Origin: a virus
Lineage: Duplodnaviria; Caudoviricetes
Reading direction: 5' to 3' (one strand)
DNA length: 64,000 nucleotides
IMG/VR virus record: IMGVR_UViG_3300001528_000407
Coordinates: 23,339 to 87,338 of that record
The notes beneath the pieces were generated by a model. It was not told the DNA's origin and did no database searches. It was given only the letters and a program-made list of their open reading frames with translations. Below are positions 47,555-57,505 of the stretch, one piece after another. Each line of letters begins with the position of its first letter. Positions within the stretch are counted from its first letter, which is position 1. Both the position numbers and the translations under genes were made by a program.

Positions 47555-48160
47555 TTAGAATGGCAAATCGCTGTTTGGATCGTCATAGCCCGCCATCTGG
47601 GTTGGGTCGTAACCTTCGGCTGGTGGAGTCCAAGAAGTAGCAGAGGCAGTACCGTAGCTTGGCTGCTGGTACGACTGCTGACTTGTGTTTGACTTAGGCT
47701 GATAAAGTTGCGCCAATCGTCTATTCATACGGTTACGGATAGCCTTGAAAAGGTGAGTGTTCTCATCCTGTGGGTCTTGGTTCACGATGTCAGGGTCTTT
47801 CTCCTTGTTGGCCTCCTTTACTTGCTCCACCAACTTAGGGAAATTCTTGGCTACCGCCTTGATGTACTCGGTGGAATAGGAAATTACCAATTCGTGAGTA
47901 GGGACATCCTTGTTGGTATCGCCACGCTCCGCATTGTTACGACGAATCGTATTCTTGTAATTGTCACTGAAAGGCCAAATGTTGATTCTCAACTTAGCCA
48001 CCTGCTTGGTAGGGTCGTTCGGATTTGGCTCTACTCTGATTTCATTCACATCGAGAGGGATGCAAACATAAGGACGCTGTGGATTTTTCTCGTCCGGTCC
48101 TACGCAAATCTTGGCTCCGCTCAGAGCCAAAAGATTAATATTTCCATTATAACTTGCCAT
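47555..48160 (-). CDS. putative single-stranded DNA-binding protein
   Basis: Beta-rich N-terminus, Q/S-rich linker, acidic C-terminal DDPNSDLPF tail; located between the clamp and primase genes. Confidence 0.55.
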   Translation of the reverse strand: MASYNGNINLLALSGAKICVGPDEKNPQRPYVCIPLDVNEIRVEPNPNDPTKQVAKLRINIWPFSDNYKNTIRRNNAERGDTNKDVPTHELVISYSTEYIKAVAKNFPKLVEQVKEANKEKDPDIVNQDPQDENTHLFKAIRNRMNRRLAQLYQPKSNTSQQSYQQPSYGTASATSWTPPAEGYDPTQMAGYDDPNSDLPF

Positions 48161-48218
48161 AACTATAACTATTTTTATTTGTTTTATTTTTTATCTTACT
48201 CGTTTTCGTCTTGATACA

Positions 48219-51200
48219 TCAGAACGGCAAATCACTCTTATCTATCTGCGATACCATTTCGGCACCCGTACCAGGAGCGTTGCCATTTCCGCTGTTTATC
48301 CTCCTGCCTTGCTTACGAAGTTTGTTGTTCTGCCAGCGTTCCTCCTCTTCAGGAGTAAGCGTAACGATGTCACCGTTCTCATCACGATATGGCAGAGGGT
48401 CCGGTCGCTCGGCATATTCATGGGCGATACGTTTCAACTCCTCGTAGCTGCCAGGAACCTCGTCCTTGCCCGAACGATAGAAGAAGAACACATGTTTCGA
48501 GGTTTTCATATAACGAATATACTTCGGCTCGATGGTGTTGTCGTTCTCCCACTCCCTGCCAACGAAATATTCTTGCGTTACCCAGGCTTTCAACTTGAAG
48601 CACCTGCGCTGCTTGTCACCCGCATTCTCGAAGAGGTGAGGAGGGTTGCAGATGATGCCCACATTCTCGCAGTAATCATAGATCTTCTTCTTGAACGTGG
48701 CACGGCTATACTCCTTGCTCTTGCCCTCGCTGGCATCTGCCCAATCTCGCATGAACTCATTGAACATATCATCCGTGCAGATAGGAACGGAAAATACCTC
48801 GTTGCGTGAGAAGAACCACTCGAAGTATCTCACGATGCTCTCCGTAAGTTTCTGTACCATCTGACGACGGCGAACGTTCTGCTGAGGAGCGATGGCAAAC
48901 GTATGGTACCGCATGATGAATTGCACTGCCAAGGCACATATATATATGGTCTTGTTTCTGTCTGCCGGACTCAAATCCTCGGGCTCTGGCTTGAAGCCTT
49001 TCATCACGTCGCTCGGTGAGCGAGGTGGCTTGCGCTTCTGCTGGTTGTCTCTCGCAAATCTATCCGAGAAACTAACCAATGGAAATCTACCTACCGTACT
49101 GTCATCATCATCGCTCAATGGCGAGTTGCTGGTGATAACGTGCATCGGCGACTCCTTTCTATCCAGAGTAACAGGGTCGCCAAACTTTCGCTCCACATCG
49201 GTGCCCGAAGTAACGAAGTTGTAAAAGTACTTCAGTGGAAAGCTCTTCGGCTTATCCTCCCAATGTATCACCCGATACTTGCCAGGGTCTTGGATGATAG
49301 GCGTAAGCGAAAACTTAGCATCGTTGATGGTGAGAAATTTCTTCATGTTCACGTTCAATACGTTCACAGCCGAACCTACCACCAGCTTTATCATCACAGA
49401 CTTGCCTGAGCCACCGCTTGCCTCCTTTTCGTTCTCGATAGTATCTTCGAGGAGATAAGGACAAATAGGCTGCATCCCTTCCCAGGAGCGACAGCAAAGG
49501 CGACCGATGCAGCTTATCATGTTCACAAAGTGAGAGTTGATAACTGCCATCTGGTCTTCCGTGAGTTCCTGCTTGCTTCTTAACGCTTCTTCCTCTACCT
49601 GCCAAAGCACGTTTGAGCAACCACGTATCACTCGCAAGATACCCCACATATCCCTTTCTCGGTTTTCCTTCCAATGCACGCTCCAGTGATGCAGTTGCGC
49701 CCACTCTTGCAGCTCTGCCCTCATCTGCTTAATCTCGCCATAAGAATAGACCGGCGAACCATCCTCGTTGCGCATAGCGTCTTTGTCGTCGATGGCTTGC
49801 AAGCGTTGCTTGTAGGCTTCGCTCTCGGTGATAACGAAAGGTGCATCGGGGAACCGCTGCATCGTGAAATCATATTCTTTTCTTGCCGAAGCAGGGATAA
49901 AGAAGTTGATTCTATCATAGTTCACGGCTGATATAGTATCAGGCGTGATTTTCAATGCCACATTGTTGAAATAGAACCATTCCGTGTTATCATTGTAACC
50001 TTCGGAAAAATCTATTGTTAGTGGATGCAAACTACCCGCCGAAGACATCGTAAAAGTCTTATCCACGAGGTTGGCACTATCCTCCATCAACTTTCGTTCC
50101 TGGTCTGAATATCTCAAGCCCAACTCCTTGATGTATTTCAAGAGGAGATTCTTCACCTCCTGAATGATGGATTTCTCGTCGATATAATGCACGAAGCATT
50201 TTTCGAGATAGATGAATTTGCCCACCTTATCGGTGGAATTGGGGTCCACCATACGATAATATCCGTTGCAGGTCATATAGAGCCAAACTTTCGTAGGCGA
50301 TACCTTGCATACAGGTGGCTTGGGCTTTCCGCTACGTGGGTCGCGTGGATATTCCAGGTTGAACGGATTGACATCGGTTGCCGTCCTCAATATCGAATAG
50401 AGAGGCATACGAATGTCGTGGTCGTACATGAAATTGTCGGTCTCCGTCATACGGTAGGTTATCATGTAGTCTCTCACCGAACGAGGCGAACAACCATACA
50501 GCCACTGCCAACGCTGGCTAAACTTCCATTTAAAACCATCGGGCAACATGGCATAACACAGCGTATTATATTTCACGCAGATGGCTCCACAATCCCTTTG
50601 ACTCGCAATATCATTAGGGTAAAGCATGATAACCCTCTCGGCAAATCGCTTCATCTTCTGATACTGCACGGCGTTGAAGTCCAGTTTTTCCTGCCTCCAC
50701 TGTCCGTGGTCGATATACCAAAAGTTTCTCCTACCGATGGAGAAAGCCACATGATACCAACAATATTTCTGGAAATGATTATCCGAAAACTTATCACTCC
50801 TCAAGGAACGCATGGCATAATATACGCTCAGTGCATCTTCGGGCGTGCGACAGAACACGATATTTTGCGCCTTGATGTCGCCTGCGTCGATGTTCTTCTG
50901 CTCGGAATGGAATGTGCCTTTCGGCTCTCCGTCCTTGGTCTCGTTCTCCACCCATATTTCTTCCTGCTCGGTGTATTGCTCGTAAGGGTCGAATTGTTCG
51001 ATGGCAGATTTTACCGCCGTCGATTTCTCGCTACGATGATCCATGGCATAGGTGAAAACCTTGTCGCCCATGAGCCACTTACTCACTTTCCTCACCGTAT
51101 GCTCTTCGTTGGTGCTGAAGACAATCGGATCTTGCTGCATCGCAGGACGGAAGAAGCAACCGCATGAGCCTTGTGGGGCTATCACGTCGGTGGCAAAGCA

Positions 51201-51914
51201 TACAAACAGTGGATTCCAGGGTGTGCCATAAATCACCTCGCTCACCAACTGCCCTTGTCGCATTACGTTAGGTAGAGTAACCTTATCCACCGCATAGATG
51301 CGGAAATCGTTGTTGAGCATGGGTGTATCGAAATCCTTGCCAAACCCGAAGTGTGGTAAGCCCTGCTGAAGAGTGACCTCGCACCCCAAGGCTGCAAGCT
51401 CTTGGGGATTGAAGTCAGTCTTAGGCAAAAATGAGAAAGTCTCTATCGTTTGTGGGGCAATCGTTCGATAATCCATCTTGGCGAAGAGCATAGGCCACTT
51501 GGCTCTTACCTCTTCCTTGTCGCCATACACTCGCACCACAAGGTCGTGGCAAAGGCGAAGCAAACTCGCTCCGTGCATCGGCAAGTTGCGCATGGCAGCA
51601 TAAAGTTCCAGGGCTCCATACCCAGACTTACCCGTCTGCGTACACATCCACCGGATAGCACCGTGCGATGCTGCCTTTTCTTGATCCGTCACGCCTACAC
51701 CATTGTATAATCCTCCTCGCTGGTTCTTGTAGATGATGAAATGAGGAGTCTGTTTAGTGTGGGCATCATCCGATGCACCATCATCAGCCACCTTCTTCTG
51801 ACAGAAAGGACAGAAGCAGGCTATCTGATTCTCTATGTGTTGCTCCTCGGCTGGCTTCACAAGGAAAGTCAAGTCGATGTTGGCGAGCTGGTTGATAATC
51901 GGATGATATAACAT
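48219..51914 (-). CDS. DNA primase-helicase
   Basis: N-terminal CFCPFC Zn finger, TOPRIM-like PEDAL...YPND, SF3-like Walker A SGGSGKS and IHWED; ends in DLPF. Confidence 0.75.
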   Translation of the reverse strand: MLYHPIINQLANIDLTFLVKPAEEQHIENQIACFCPFCQKKVADDGASDDAHTKQTPHFIIYKNQRGGLYNGVGVTDQEKAASHGAIRWMCTQTGKSGYGALELYAAMRNLPMHGASLLRLCHDLVVRVYGDKEEVRAKWPMLFAKMDYRTIAPQTIETFSFLPKTDFNPQELAALGCEVTLQQGLPHFGFGKDFDTPMLNNDFRIYAVDKVTLPNVMRQGQLVSEVIYGTPWNPLFVCFATDVIAPQGSCGCFFRPAMQQDPIVFSTNEEHTVRKVSKWLMGDKVFTYAMDHRSEKSTAVKSAIEQFDPYEQYTEQEEIWVENETKDGEPKGTFHSEQKNIDAGDIKAQNIVFCRTPEDALSVYYAMRSLRSDKFSDNHFQKYCWYHVAFSIGRRNFWYIDHGQWRQEKLDFNAVQYQKMKRFAERVIMLYPNDIASQRDCGAICVKYNTLCYAMLPDGFKWKFSQRWQWLYGCSPRSVRDYMITYRMTETDNFMYDHDIRMPLYSILRTATDVNPFNLEYPRDPRSGKPKPPVCKVSPTKVWLYMTCNGYYRMVDPNSTDKVGKFIYLEKCFVHYIDEKSIIQEVKNLLLKYIKELGLRYSDQERKLMEDSANLVDKTFTMSSAGSLHPLTIDFSEGYNDNTEWFYFNNVALKITPDTISAVNYDRINFFIPASARKEYDFTMQRFPDAPFVITESEAYKQRLQAIDDKDAMRNEDGSPVYSYGEIKQMRAELQEWAQLHHWSVHWKENRERDMWGILRVIRGCSNVLWQVEEEALRSKQELTEDQMAVINSHFVNMISCIGRLCCRSWEGMQPICPYLLEDTIENEKEASGGSGKSVMIKLVVGSAVNVLNVNMKKFLTINDAKFSLTPIIQDPGKYRVIHWEDKPKSFPLKYFYNFVTSGTDVERKFGDPVTLDRKESPMHVITSNSPLSDDDDSTVGRFPLVSFSDRFARDNQQKRKPPRSPSDVMKGFKPEPEDLSPADRNKTIYICALAVQFIMRYHTFAIAPQQNVRRRQMVQKLTESIVRYFEWFFSRNEVFSVPICTDDMFNEFMRDWADASEGKSKEYSRATFKKKIYDYCENVGIICNPPHLFENAGDKQRRCFKLKAWVTQEYFVGREWENDNTIEPKYIRYMKTSKHVFFFYRSGKDEVPGSYEELKRIAHEYAERPDPLPYRDENGDIVTLTPEEEERWQNNKLRKQGRRINSGNGNAPGTGAEMVSQIDKSDLPF

Positions 51915-51942
51915 GAGTTTATTCTATATATATTAATCAATC

Positions 51943-52221
51943 GACGAAAGATAGACCCACCGAGATAGGCGAGGCCAAACTTCAAGTGTTCTCCACCAAG
52001 CCATTTCGCAGTGTTACAAGCCCTTCGCTCTGTGCTCCCGAAGCCCACAAATTCGGGGGGGGTACTGGGTGTGGTCGGAGCTTTAAATCTGTAAAGACTC
52101 AGCTCCCCTCCCCGATTGCGTCCATTAAAGCACAGTGCTTTGATGGGCACAGCTTGATGTCGTTAGGAACGAATGCAGAGGCGTTTCCGCTACTCTTCGC
52201 CTTTCGGGGGTCTATATCGTC
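51943..52221 (-). ncRNA. candidate structured non-coding RNA (about 280 nt)
   Basis: Long closing stem GACGA.TAGACCC...GGGTCTA.TCGTC, GCG-GAAA-CGC and C-TTCG-G loops, several internal hairpins; intergenic upstream of the primase gene. Confidence 0.5.
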
Positions 52222-52626
52222 AATATCGTAATGTTCTACTTTCTAAGTTCTCTCTCCGCAACCTTTCGGATTTTCCTAATAGTTGGAAGAAGAAAGAAGA
52301 CCTTTGGCGACGCTGCCAAATTTCAAGAGACTGACCGCTACCTTTTGATACCGCAGCATTCCTACGCTCTTCATCAGCCGAAGCTGACTTATTTCCTCGC
52401 CTTTGGAGAAAGGGTAGAAAAGAAAGTTCCCAGGCTTTTTATCAGACGATTGCCCGTATCGTTTTGTAGCGGCGGTTACACGTTCTTGCGAGGTGTTGCC
52501 ATTCCCCGCCATCGCCGCAGGTCTTCTTGTTTGTCTAAAAATAAAAGTTCAAGTGTGCATATCGCATACCTATCGTATATCTAATCTCGCTAGATTATTC
52601 TAACTTTAGAGAGATTGTGAAGGCAA

Positions 52627-53037
52627 CTACAGATTGAGAAAGGTTTCCAACCGATAGTGTCTCACCTTGCAGTTACAGATACTCGTCATACGATGCACGA
52701 GCATCTTCGTAAACTCTTTGAGCGATATGAATTGCTCATCGAGCCCGATAATCTGCACGGCCACCCGCCAATAGCATTTGCCGTTCTTTCGCCGGCAACT
52801 ATGCTCCTGCACAATTCTGATATTGCTCATTCTGCCTGCCATCATCTTATAGAGATATTCACAAGCATCCTTGAGCAACGCAAAAGGTGCATGGAAGAGT
52901 AAGGTGGGTATCTCATCGTACAAACCTCTCACCGTCTCGGTATAGGCGATACGGTGGAGGTAAGGATGTGGTGTTGGCTTCGTTCTCCTTGTGCGCCTAG
53001 GCACGTAGGGGAGAGAAAGATAACCCTCAAACGGCAT
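52627..53037 (-). CDS. hypothetical protein
   Basis: 136-aa ORF overlapping the exonuclease stop. Confidence 0.65.
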   Translation of the reverse strand: MPFEGYLSLPYVPRRTRRTKPTPHPYLHRIAYTETVRGLYDEIPTLLFHAPFALLKDACEYLYKMMAGRMSNIRIVQEHSCRRKNGKCYWRVAVQIIGLDEQFISLKEFTKMLVHRMTSICNCKVRHYRLETFLNL

Positions 53038-53758
53038 GATTTGCCTCCATCTTTTTCTTCAATTTATCGTATTCGTCCAACGCATCAAAGATGTCACTAT
53101 ATATCTGCATCATCTTCCAGGTTGAATAGATGCTTCTTCTGCAATCAAACAATGGATCATGGGCGGAGCCTGCTTCGTCACCGGCGATGTCCTTATAATC
53201 TGTAACAAGACTATAGGCTTTCTCTACTGTGAACGAATCGCCAAGATGCGTTTTTTTCCATACCATTCTTGCCAACTCAAGGAATACCGAGCGATGGTCT
53301 CTGAATTGTGTATGCTTAATCTCAAGCTTGATGCCCATCTTATAACAGATGTATCGCAATATAGCCACATCGAAGTCGGTACCCTGCGACCAAAGGCAGA
53401 TGTCATCGTCGCCCAAAGTTTTCTTGATATTGGCTATCCATTCAAAGAAATCAACTATCACGATGTCGATGGCCTGACAGGGAACGCCCTCGCAGTCATC
53501 TTCAAGCAATGCCTCTTTAGCTTGGTCGCTCTGCTGTGCCCACCAATTTGCAGTACTCTGGTCGAAAGAAAAGCCATTCAAGAACATGCTTCTTAAATCA
53601 ACATGAGCCGAAAACTCTGGATTCTTCAGCACCCCATTGCCTTCTTTAAAGAATGGCGATTCCTTGTCGTATCGCTTCCACGCCACCGCCCCGATGCTCA
53701 TGACCGCTGCGGTGGGCGCAAGCGAACAGGTTTCTAAATCAATAGTTACGTCAATCAT
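53027..53758 (-). CDS. DEDDh 3'-5' exonuclease (Rv2179c-like)
   Basis: TIDLET, WSQGTDFDVAIL, FRDHRS and HDPLFDC. Confidence 0.85.
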   Translation of the reverse strand: MIDVTIDLETCSLAPTAAVMSIGAVAWKRYDKESPFFKEGNGVLKNPEFSAHVDLRSMFLNGFSFDQSTANWWAQQSDQAKEALLEDDCEGVPCQAIDIVIVDFFEWIANIKKTLGDDDICLWSQGTDFDVAILRYICYKMGIKLEIKHTQFRDHRSVFLELARMVWKKTHLGDSFTVEKAYSLVTDYKDIAGDEAGSAHDPLFDCRRSIYSTWKMMQIYSDIFDALDEYDKLKKKMEANHAV

Positions 53759-53802
53759 TGTAGTTATGAATGTGTTTAATTTTTCAACTCAATAAATCAG
53801 TC

Positions 53803-54309
53803 TTACTTCTTAGCCTCTTTCCATCTTAAATATTCCTCCAGGGTAACTCTGATACCTTTCAGCTCCCACGGTTTCCAATCGCCAATGTTGAATCGCTTAA
53901 TGACGGTTCGGGTACACATGCCTCTTTCAAGCATATAAACCTGGAACTTAGAACAAAGGCAGCTCTTAGCCTTTCGTAAGCATCCGTAGAACACTCCAGG
54001 CTCCGGACTTTTAGCCAAGGTGTAAAGATACCCCTTGTCGCCATGCTCCTTGCCTGCATCGTCCTCCTCGAAGCCAAGCAATACCTCGGATACATCTTTC
54101 ATATCCAAGAACTGTTCCTTGCACTTTTCAATGCCGTCAATTTCCCAAGGAGAGAAACCCTTTTGGAAGAAACGAAGGTAAAAAGTCGAATTTGTGAAGC
54201 CCAAAGATGATAAAAACTCACCTAAGAGCTTCTTTTCCTCAGCCGAGATGTCTTTCACGTCGAGCGGAGTACTAGGTTTGCAAATTTTTTCGATTAATTC
54301 CTTTGTCAT
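53803..54309 (-). CDS. putative Cro-like/early regulator
   Basis: First gene of the leftward early operon, divergent from the CI-like gene; internal repeat FSPWEIDGI / WKPWELKGI. Confidence 0.45.
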   Translation of the reverse strand: MTKELIEKICKPSTPLDVKDISAEEKKLLGEFLSSLGFTNSTFYLRFFQKGFSPWEIDGIEKCKEQFLDMKDVSEVLLGFEEDDAGKEHGDKGYLYTLAKSPEPGVFYGCLRKAKSCLCSKFQVYMLERGMCTRTVIKRFNIGDWKPWELKGIRVTLEEYLRWKEAKK

Positions 54310-54459
54310 TTCAACTTATTTTATTAAATTTGCTGCAAAATTAAAAAATAAAATTCATATAAACAATATCTTGGGTATATTTATTTTTAATATTTGCACT
54401 ATTTAACACATTTGGGGTATATTTTAAAGGAGTTAAGAAATATTTTAAATATTATAGTT

Positions 54460-55170
54460 ATGAAGCAATATCAATACAATTACTCTTATCTGGGCAAGTG
54501 GATGGAAGCCAATCCCCACATAACCAATCGTGAAATCATGCAAGCCTTCGGGTCTGTGAATAACAATAATAGTCTTGCTCTCTACGAACAGCGCAAAACT
54601 CCAATGCCTATCATTAACCTGCTACGCTTCTGCAATACCTTCGACGTACCTATCTCGGCTTTTATCGTAGATACCAACAAGGAAGATAGCGGCAATGATG
54701 CGAAGATTGAATTATGTATCAACGACCAGATGGAACCCGACGGCGGTTACATATCCGTAGGCGAAAGAAGACCTCATGGTTCTCGTGCGCTTCGTAACCC
54801 ACTCGAAGTAGAACATATTAAATCTATAGTACCAGGCCTGGTGAAACAACCTAAGCCTGCTAATAACGATGGCAATATCATCCGCCAAAACCATAACGAG
54901 GGAAGCAATATCCAGCAGAACATCAACAAGGCGCAAGCCGTAGTAGGTAACATCGCAGAAGCCAGCAATGGGGACAATGATAATGCCATCACCACTCGCC
55001 TACTCGACATCATCGCCGAGCAACAAAAGCAGATTACCAGTCTCTCGCAACAAGTAGGCGAACTTGCAGGGCAGGTAGTAAAGATGAGTACCGAACGCAT
55101 GAGCATGAATAGCGATAGTAGTATGAATGCGTGCATGGTGGCAGAGGATAGCCCACGCCATCGCCAATAA
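54460..55170 (+). CDS. putative CI-like XRE repressor
   Basis: N-terminal HTH-like region (LLRFCNTFDVPISAF); lone plus-strand gene; likely start MKQYQY at 54460. Confidence 0.65.
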   Translation: MKQYQYNYSYLGKWMEANPHITNREIMQAFGSVNNNNSLALYEQRKTPMPIINLLRFCNTFDVPISAFIVDTNKEDSGNDAKIELCINDQMEPDGGYISVGERRPHGSRALRNPLEVEHIKSIVPGLVKQPKPANNDGNIIRQNHNEGSNIQQNINKAQAVVGNIAEASNGDNDNAITTRLLDIIAEQQKQITSLSQQVGELAGQVVKMSTERMSMNSDSSMNACMVAEDSPRHRQ

Positions 55171-55212
55171 CCGCCAACAATGTATTTATCATTTATAATT
55201 TATAAACAAAAC

Positions 55213-55250
55213 ATGCAGCCATCTATCCCTCTCGGACGGATGGCTGCATC
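55213..55250. terminator. terminator between convergent genes
   Basis: atgcagccatc...gatggctgcat hairpin. Confidence 0.6.
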
Positions 55251-55449
55251 ACCTATAAACAATGAGGGCTTCGCTAAACCCTAAAATAAAAACAATAATT
55301 AATAATTAACAATCAAAATTTAGTACTACTAAACTAAGAACCATCTAAAAAATGTAACTAAAAACCTTAACCTAATAACCAGTATATATATAATATGAAG
55401 AAAAATCTCCTTTATAATTTTGTCGCAGCTTGCACGATGAACGCACAAG

Positions 55450-56019
55450 TTACTTCTGTTCATTCAATGCAGCCAGTCTTCTGCGGCAAAACTCCTTCTC
55501 ACTTATCACCTGGCAATCTTTTGCCAAGCTGTCGTAAGGCACATCTACGTACCAATAATCGTGATGCAGGAATACTATCGGTGTTTCCTTGCCAAAGGTA
55601 AATGGTACCGGAACATCTTTCTTTACCTCCTTGGGCTTGAACTGCAAGATGCCTATCAGCTCTGCCTCGCTTACGAGAGGAAGAGCCTCCATTTCCTTTT
55701 CGAGCTCGCTACCCTTTTCTGGAACGAAGAAATATCTCTCCTCCTCATCTTTCAGATACTCCATGCCTTCCTTGCCAGGCATCTCAATGCGCTGCCAGCC
55801 TGCCTTGGTGAGTACCGACTTATCGAATACTACCATCACACAACCGCCAGCCATGCCGTCGGGCGATTCATAATAAGATACGGCTCCCTGTTTCTCCACC
55901 CATTTTCGGGCTTGCTCGCCCACCTGGTTGCAACGACCCATAAAATCCTTCAACTTCTCGCCTACCCCGCTCTTGGCGGCAATCTTAAAAAAATAATGTG
56001 GTTTCTTTATTCTTCCCAT
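55450..56019 (-). CDS. hypothetical protein
   Basis: 189-aa ORF. Confidence 0.7.
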   Translation of the reverse strand: MGRIKKPHYFFKIAAKSGVGEKLKDFMGRCNQVGEQARKWVEKQGAVSYYESPDGMAGGCVMVVFDKSVLTKAGWQRIEMPGKEGMEYLKDEEERYFFVPEKGSELEKEMEALPLVSEAELIGILQFKPKEVKKDVPVPFTFGKETPIVFLHHDYWYVDVPYDSLAKDCQVISEKEFCRRRLAALNEQK

Positions 56020-56069
56020 AAATCCTTATTTATTAATTGATTGAAAATTCATTATATATTTTCGTTTTT

Positions 56070-56441
56070 CTACTTCGGCCTGCAATAGATAACCGGCTCA
56101 CCGCACTCATCCGTCCTCATCTTGAATCCCTTATATTCCAGCTCCTGAATATAGAGGGATAGAGGGTCACCCAACGGGCATACCACAGCTTTGAAGTACT
56201 GCCGAAGCTGATAATCGGTAAAGGTATCGCAAGCCTCGCTCCAATGGTCTTGCGGCTCATACTGATTACAGAATGCAGCTATCTTGGAAGGTATCACAAA
56301 ATCCTCCAGGGTAGTCTGCACCTGCTCAGTGTTCTCCACCTCATCGATGTTATTTTGTTTCTTCTTATTGCCCATATATTTTTTCTGAAGTTCAATTCTT
56401 TCGAGTTTATCTTCGTCTAAATCAATCGAGATACTTGCCAT
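56070..56441 (-). CDS. hypothetical protein
   Basis: 123 aa (the start may be the internal MGNKKK). Confidence 0.6.
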   Translation of the reverse strand: MASISIDLDEDKLERIELQKKYMGNKKKQNNIDEVENTEQVQTTLEDFVIPSKIAAFCNQYEPQDHWSEACDTFTDYQLRQYFKAVVCPLGDPLSLYIQELEYKGFKMRTDECGEPVIYCRPK

Positions 56442-56466
56442 AGACTTTTCGATTTATACCAACGAT

Positions 56467-57192
56467 TTATTCTTGCGTTTTATCTTTATGAGGATGATTC
56501 TCCCGATATTTCTTAACAAGGAAAAACGCGACAAACATCACTAATCCAAAGATGAAAGCTTTACCCTGCTGCTTGGTTCGCTCCCACCACGTCGAAGCCT
56601 TGGCGGTGGCATTATCACCTTCCTGCTTATCGTTCTCCTGATAGAGGCTATCTTTCGCATTCCAATGGGTGCCCACATCTTTTTTATTCGATAGGGCCAA
56701 GCTGTCAATACTTTGCCTCATTTGTTCGATTTCGTGCTGTTGGCTATCCAATCGGACATCGTAGCTTTTCTGTTCCTCCTTGCCTTTCTTGCGCTGGATG
56801 GTCCTATCCGTGGTCTTCGTCTTGTTGCCCTGGGCATCCATCGACTCCGTGATACGCTCATGTATCAACTCCTCTAGGCTATCCCTTGACAGCATAGACG
56901 AAGATACCTGCCCAAACGTTTGTGTATCTCGCTGCACGCGATCCGATGCAGCCACCTTAACAAGAGTGCTGTCTTTGATGACGGAAGCCACGCTATCCTT
57001 CACCTCGCTTTTGCTCGCCTCATTGATAAGATGAGCAGAACTACTGCAAGATGATAGCAAGCCTACCCAGCCCAGGCATACCAGCACCACGATAAGAAGC
57101 CAAGCCAGCCCATGCCAAAGCCCGTACTTCTGGTTGAAGCGATTTCCATTATCGCCACCACCCGATGTCTCTTTTCGATTTTGATTATTCAT
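56467..57192 (-). CDS. putative unimolecular spanin (lipoprotein with a C-terminal TM helix)
   Basis: Lipobox LLSSC after a hydrophobic signal; C-terminal AFIFGLVMFVAFFLV followed by KKYR. Confidence 0.55.
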   Translation of the reverse strand: MNNQNRKETSGGGDNGNRFNQKYGLWHGLAWLLIVVLVCLGWVGLLSSCSSSAHLINEASKSEVKDSVASVIKDSTLVKVAASDRVQRDTQTFGQVSSSMLSRDSLEELIHERITESMDAQGNKTKTTDRTIQRKKGKEEQKSYDVRLDSQQHEIEQMRQSIDSLALSNKKDVGTHWNAKDSLYQENDKQEGDNATAKASTWWERTKQQGKAFIFGLVMFVAFFLVKKYRENHPHKDKTQE

Positions 57193-57222
57193 ATCTTTAC
57201 ATTTTTATCTTTAAAATCACGA

Positions 57223-57265
57223 TGCAAAGATACAGCTTTTATTTTTCATGGTTGGGACAAAAGTA
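57223..57265 (-). promoter_or_regulatory. putative late promoter for the spanin unit
   Basis: -7 TATCTTTG at 57225-57232; TTTGTCCCAACC with TTTG at 57258-57261; 25-nt spacer. Confidence 0.6.
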
Positions 57266-57289
57266 GATTTGCCCTAAAGTGTTTTCCTA

Positions 57290-57485
57290 CAAAAGTACGA
57301 AAGTACCAACGTACATAAGTACACAAAATACCAAAATAGAAAAAAACCACCAGCCTTCCCCGAAGCGAGGAAAACCAGTGATTTTTCAGATAAGCCTATA
57401 ACAAGGGAGATTTCCACCTTTCCATTTTTGCATAAAAGTACTTTTCTACTTTCGTACATTTCTACATATCCACATTTCTACGAAG
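57290..57485. repeat. 8-bp-phased AAAGTAC-like arrays (candidate partition site)
   Basis: aaagtacgaaagtaccaacgtacataagtac, and an inverted array near 57435-57485. Confidence 0.65.
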
Positions 57486-57505
57486 GTTCATTTGTACCTC
57501 TCTAC

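Noticed and set aside
52055-52062. G8 run as another phase-variable coding switch
   Set aside because: It is not in a credible ORF and G is on the non-coding strand relative to local genes; it is better explained as a pairing segment of the structured RNA candidate.
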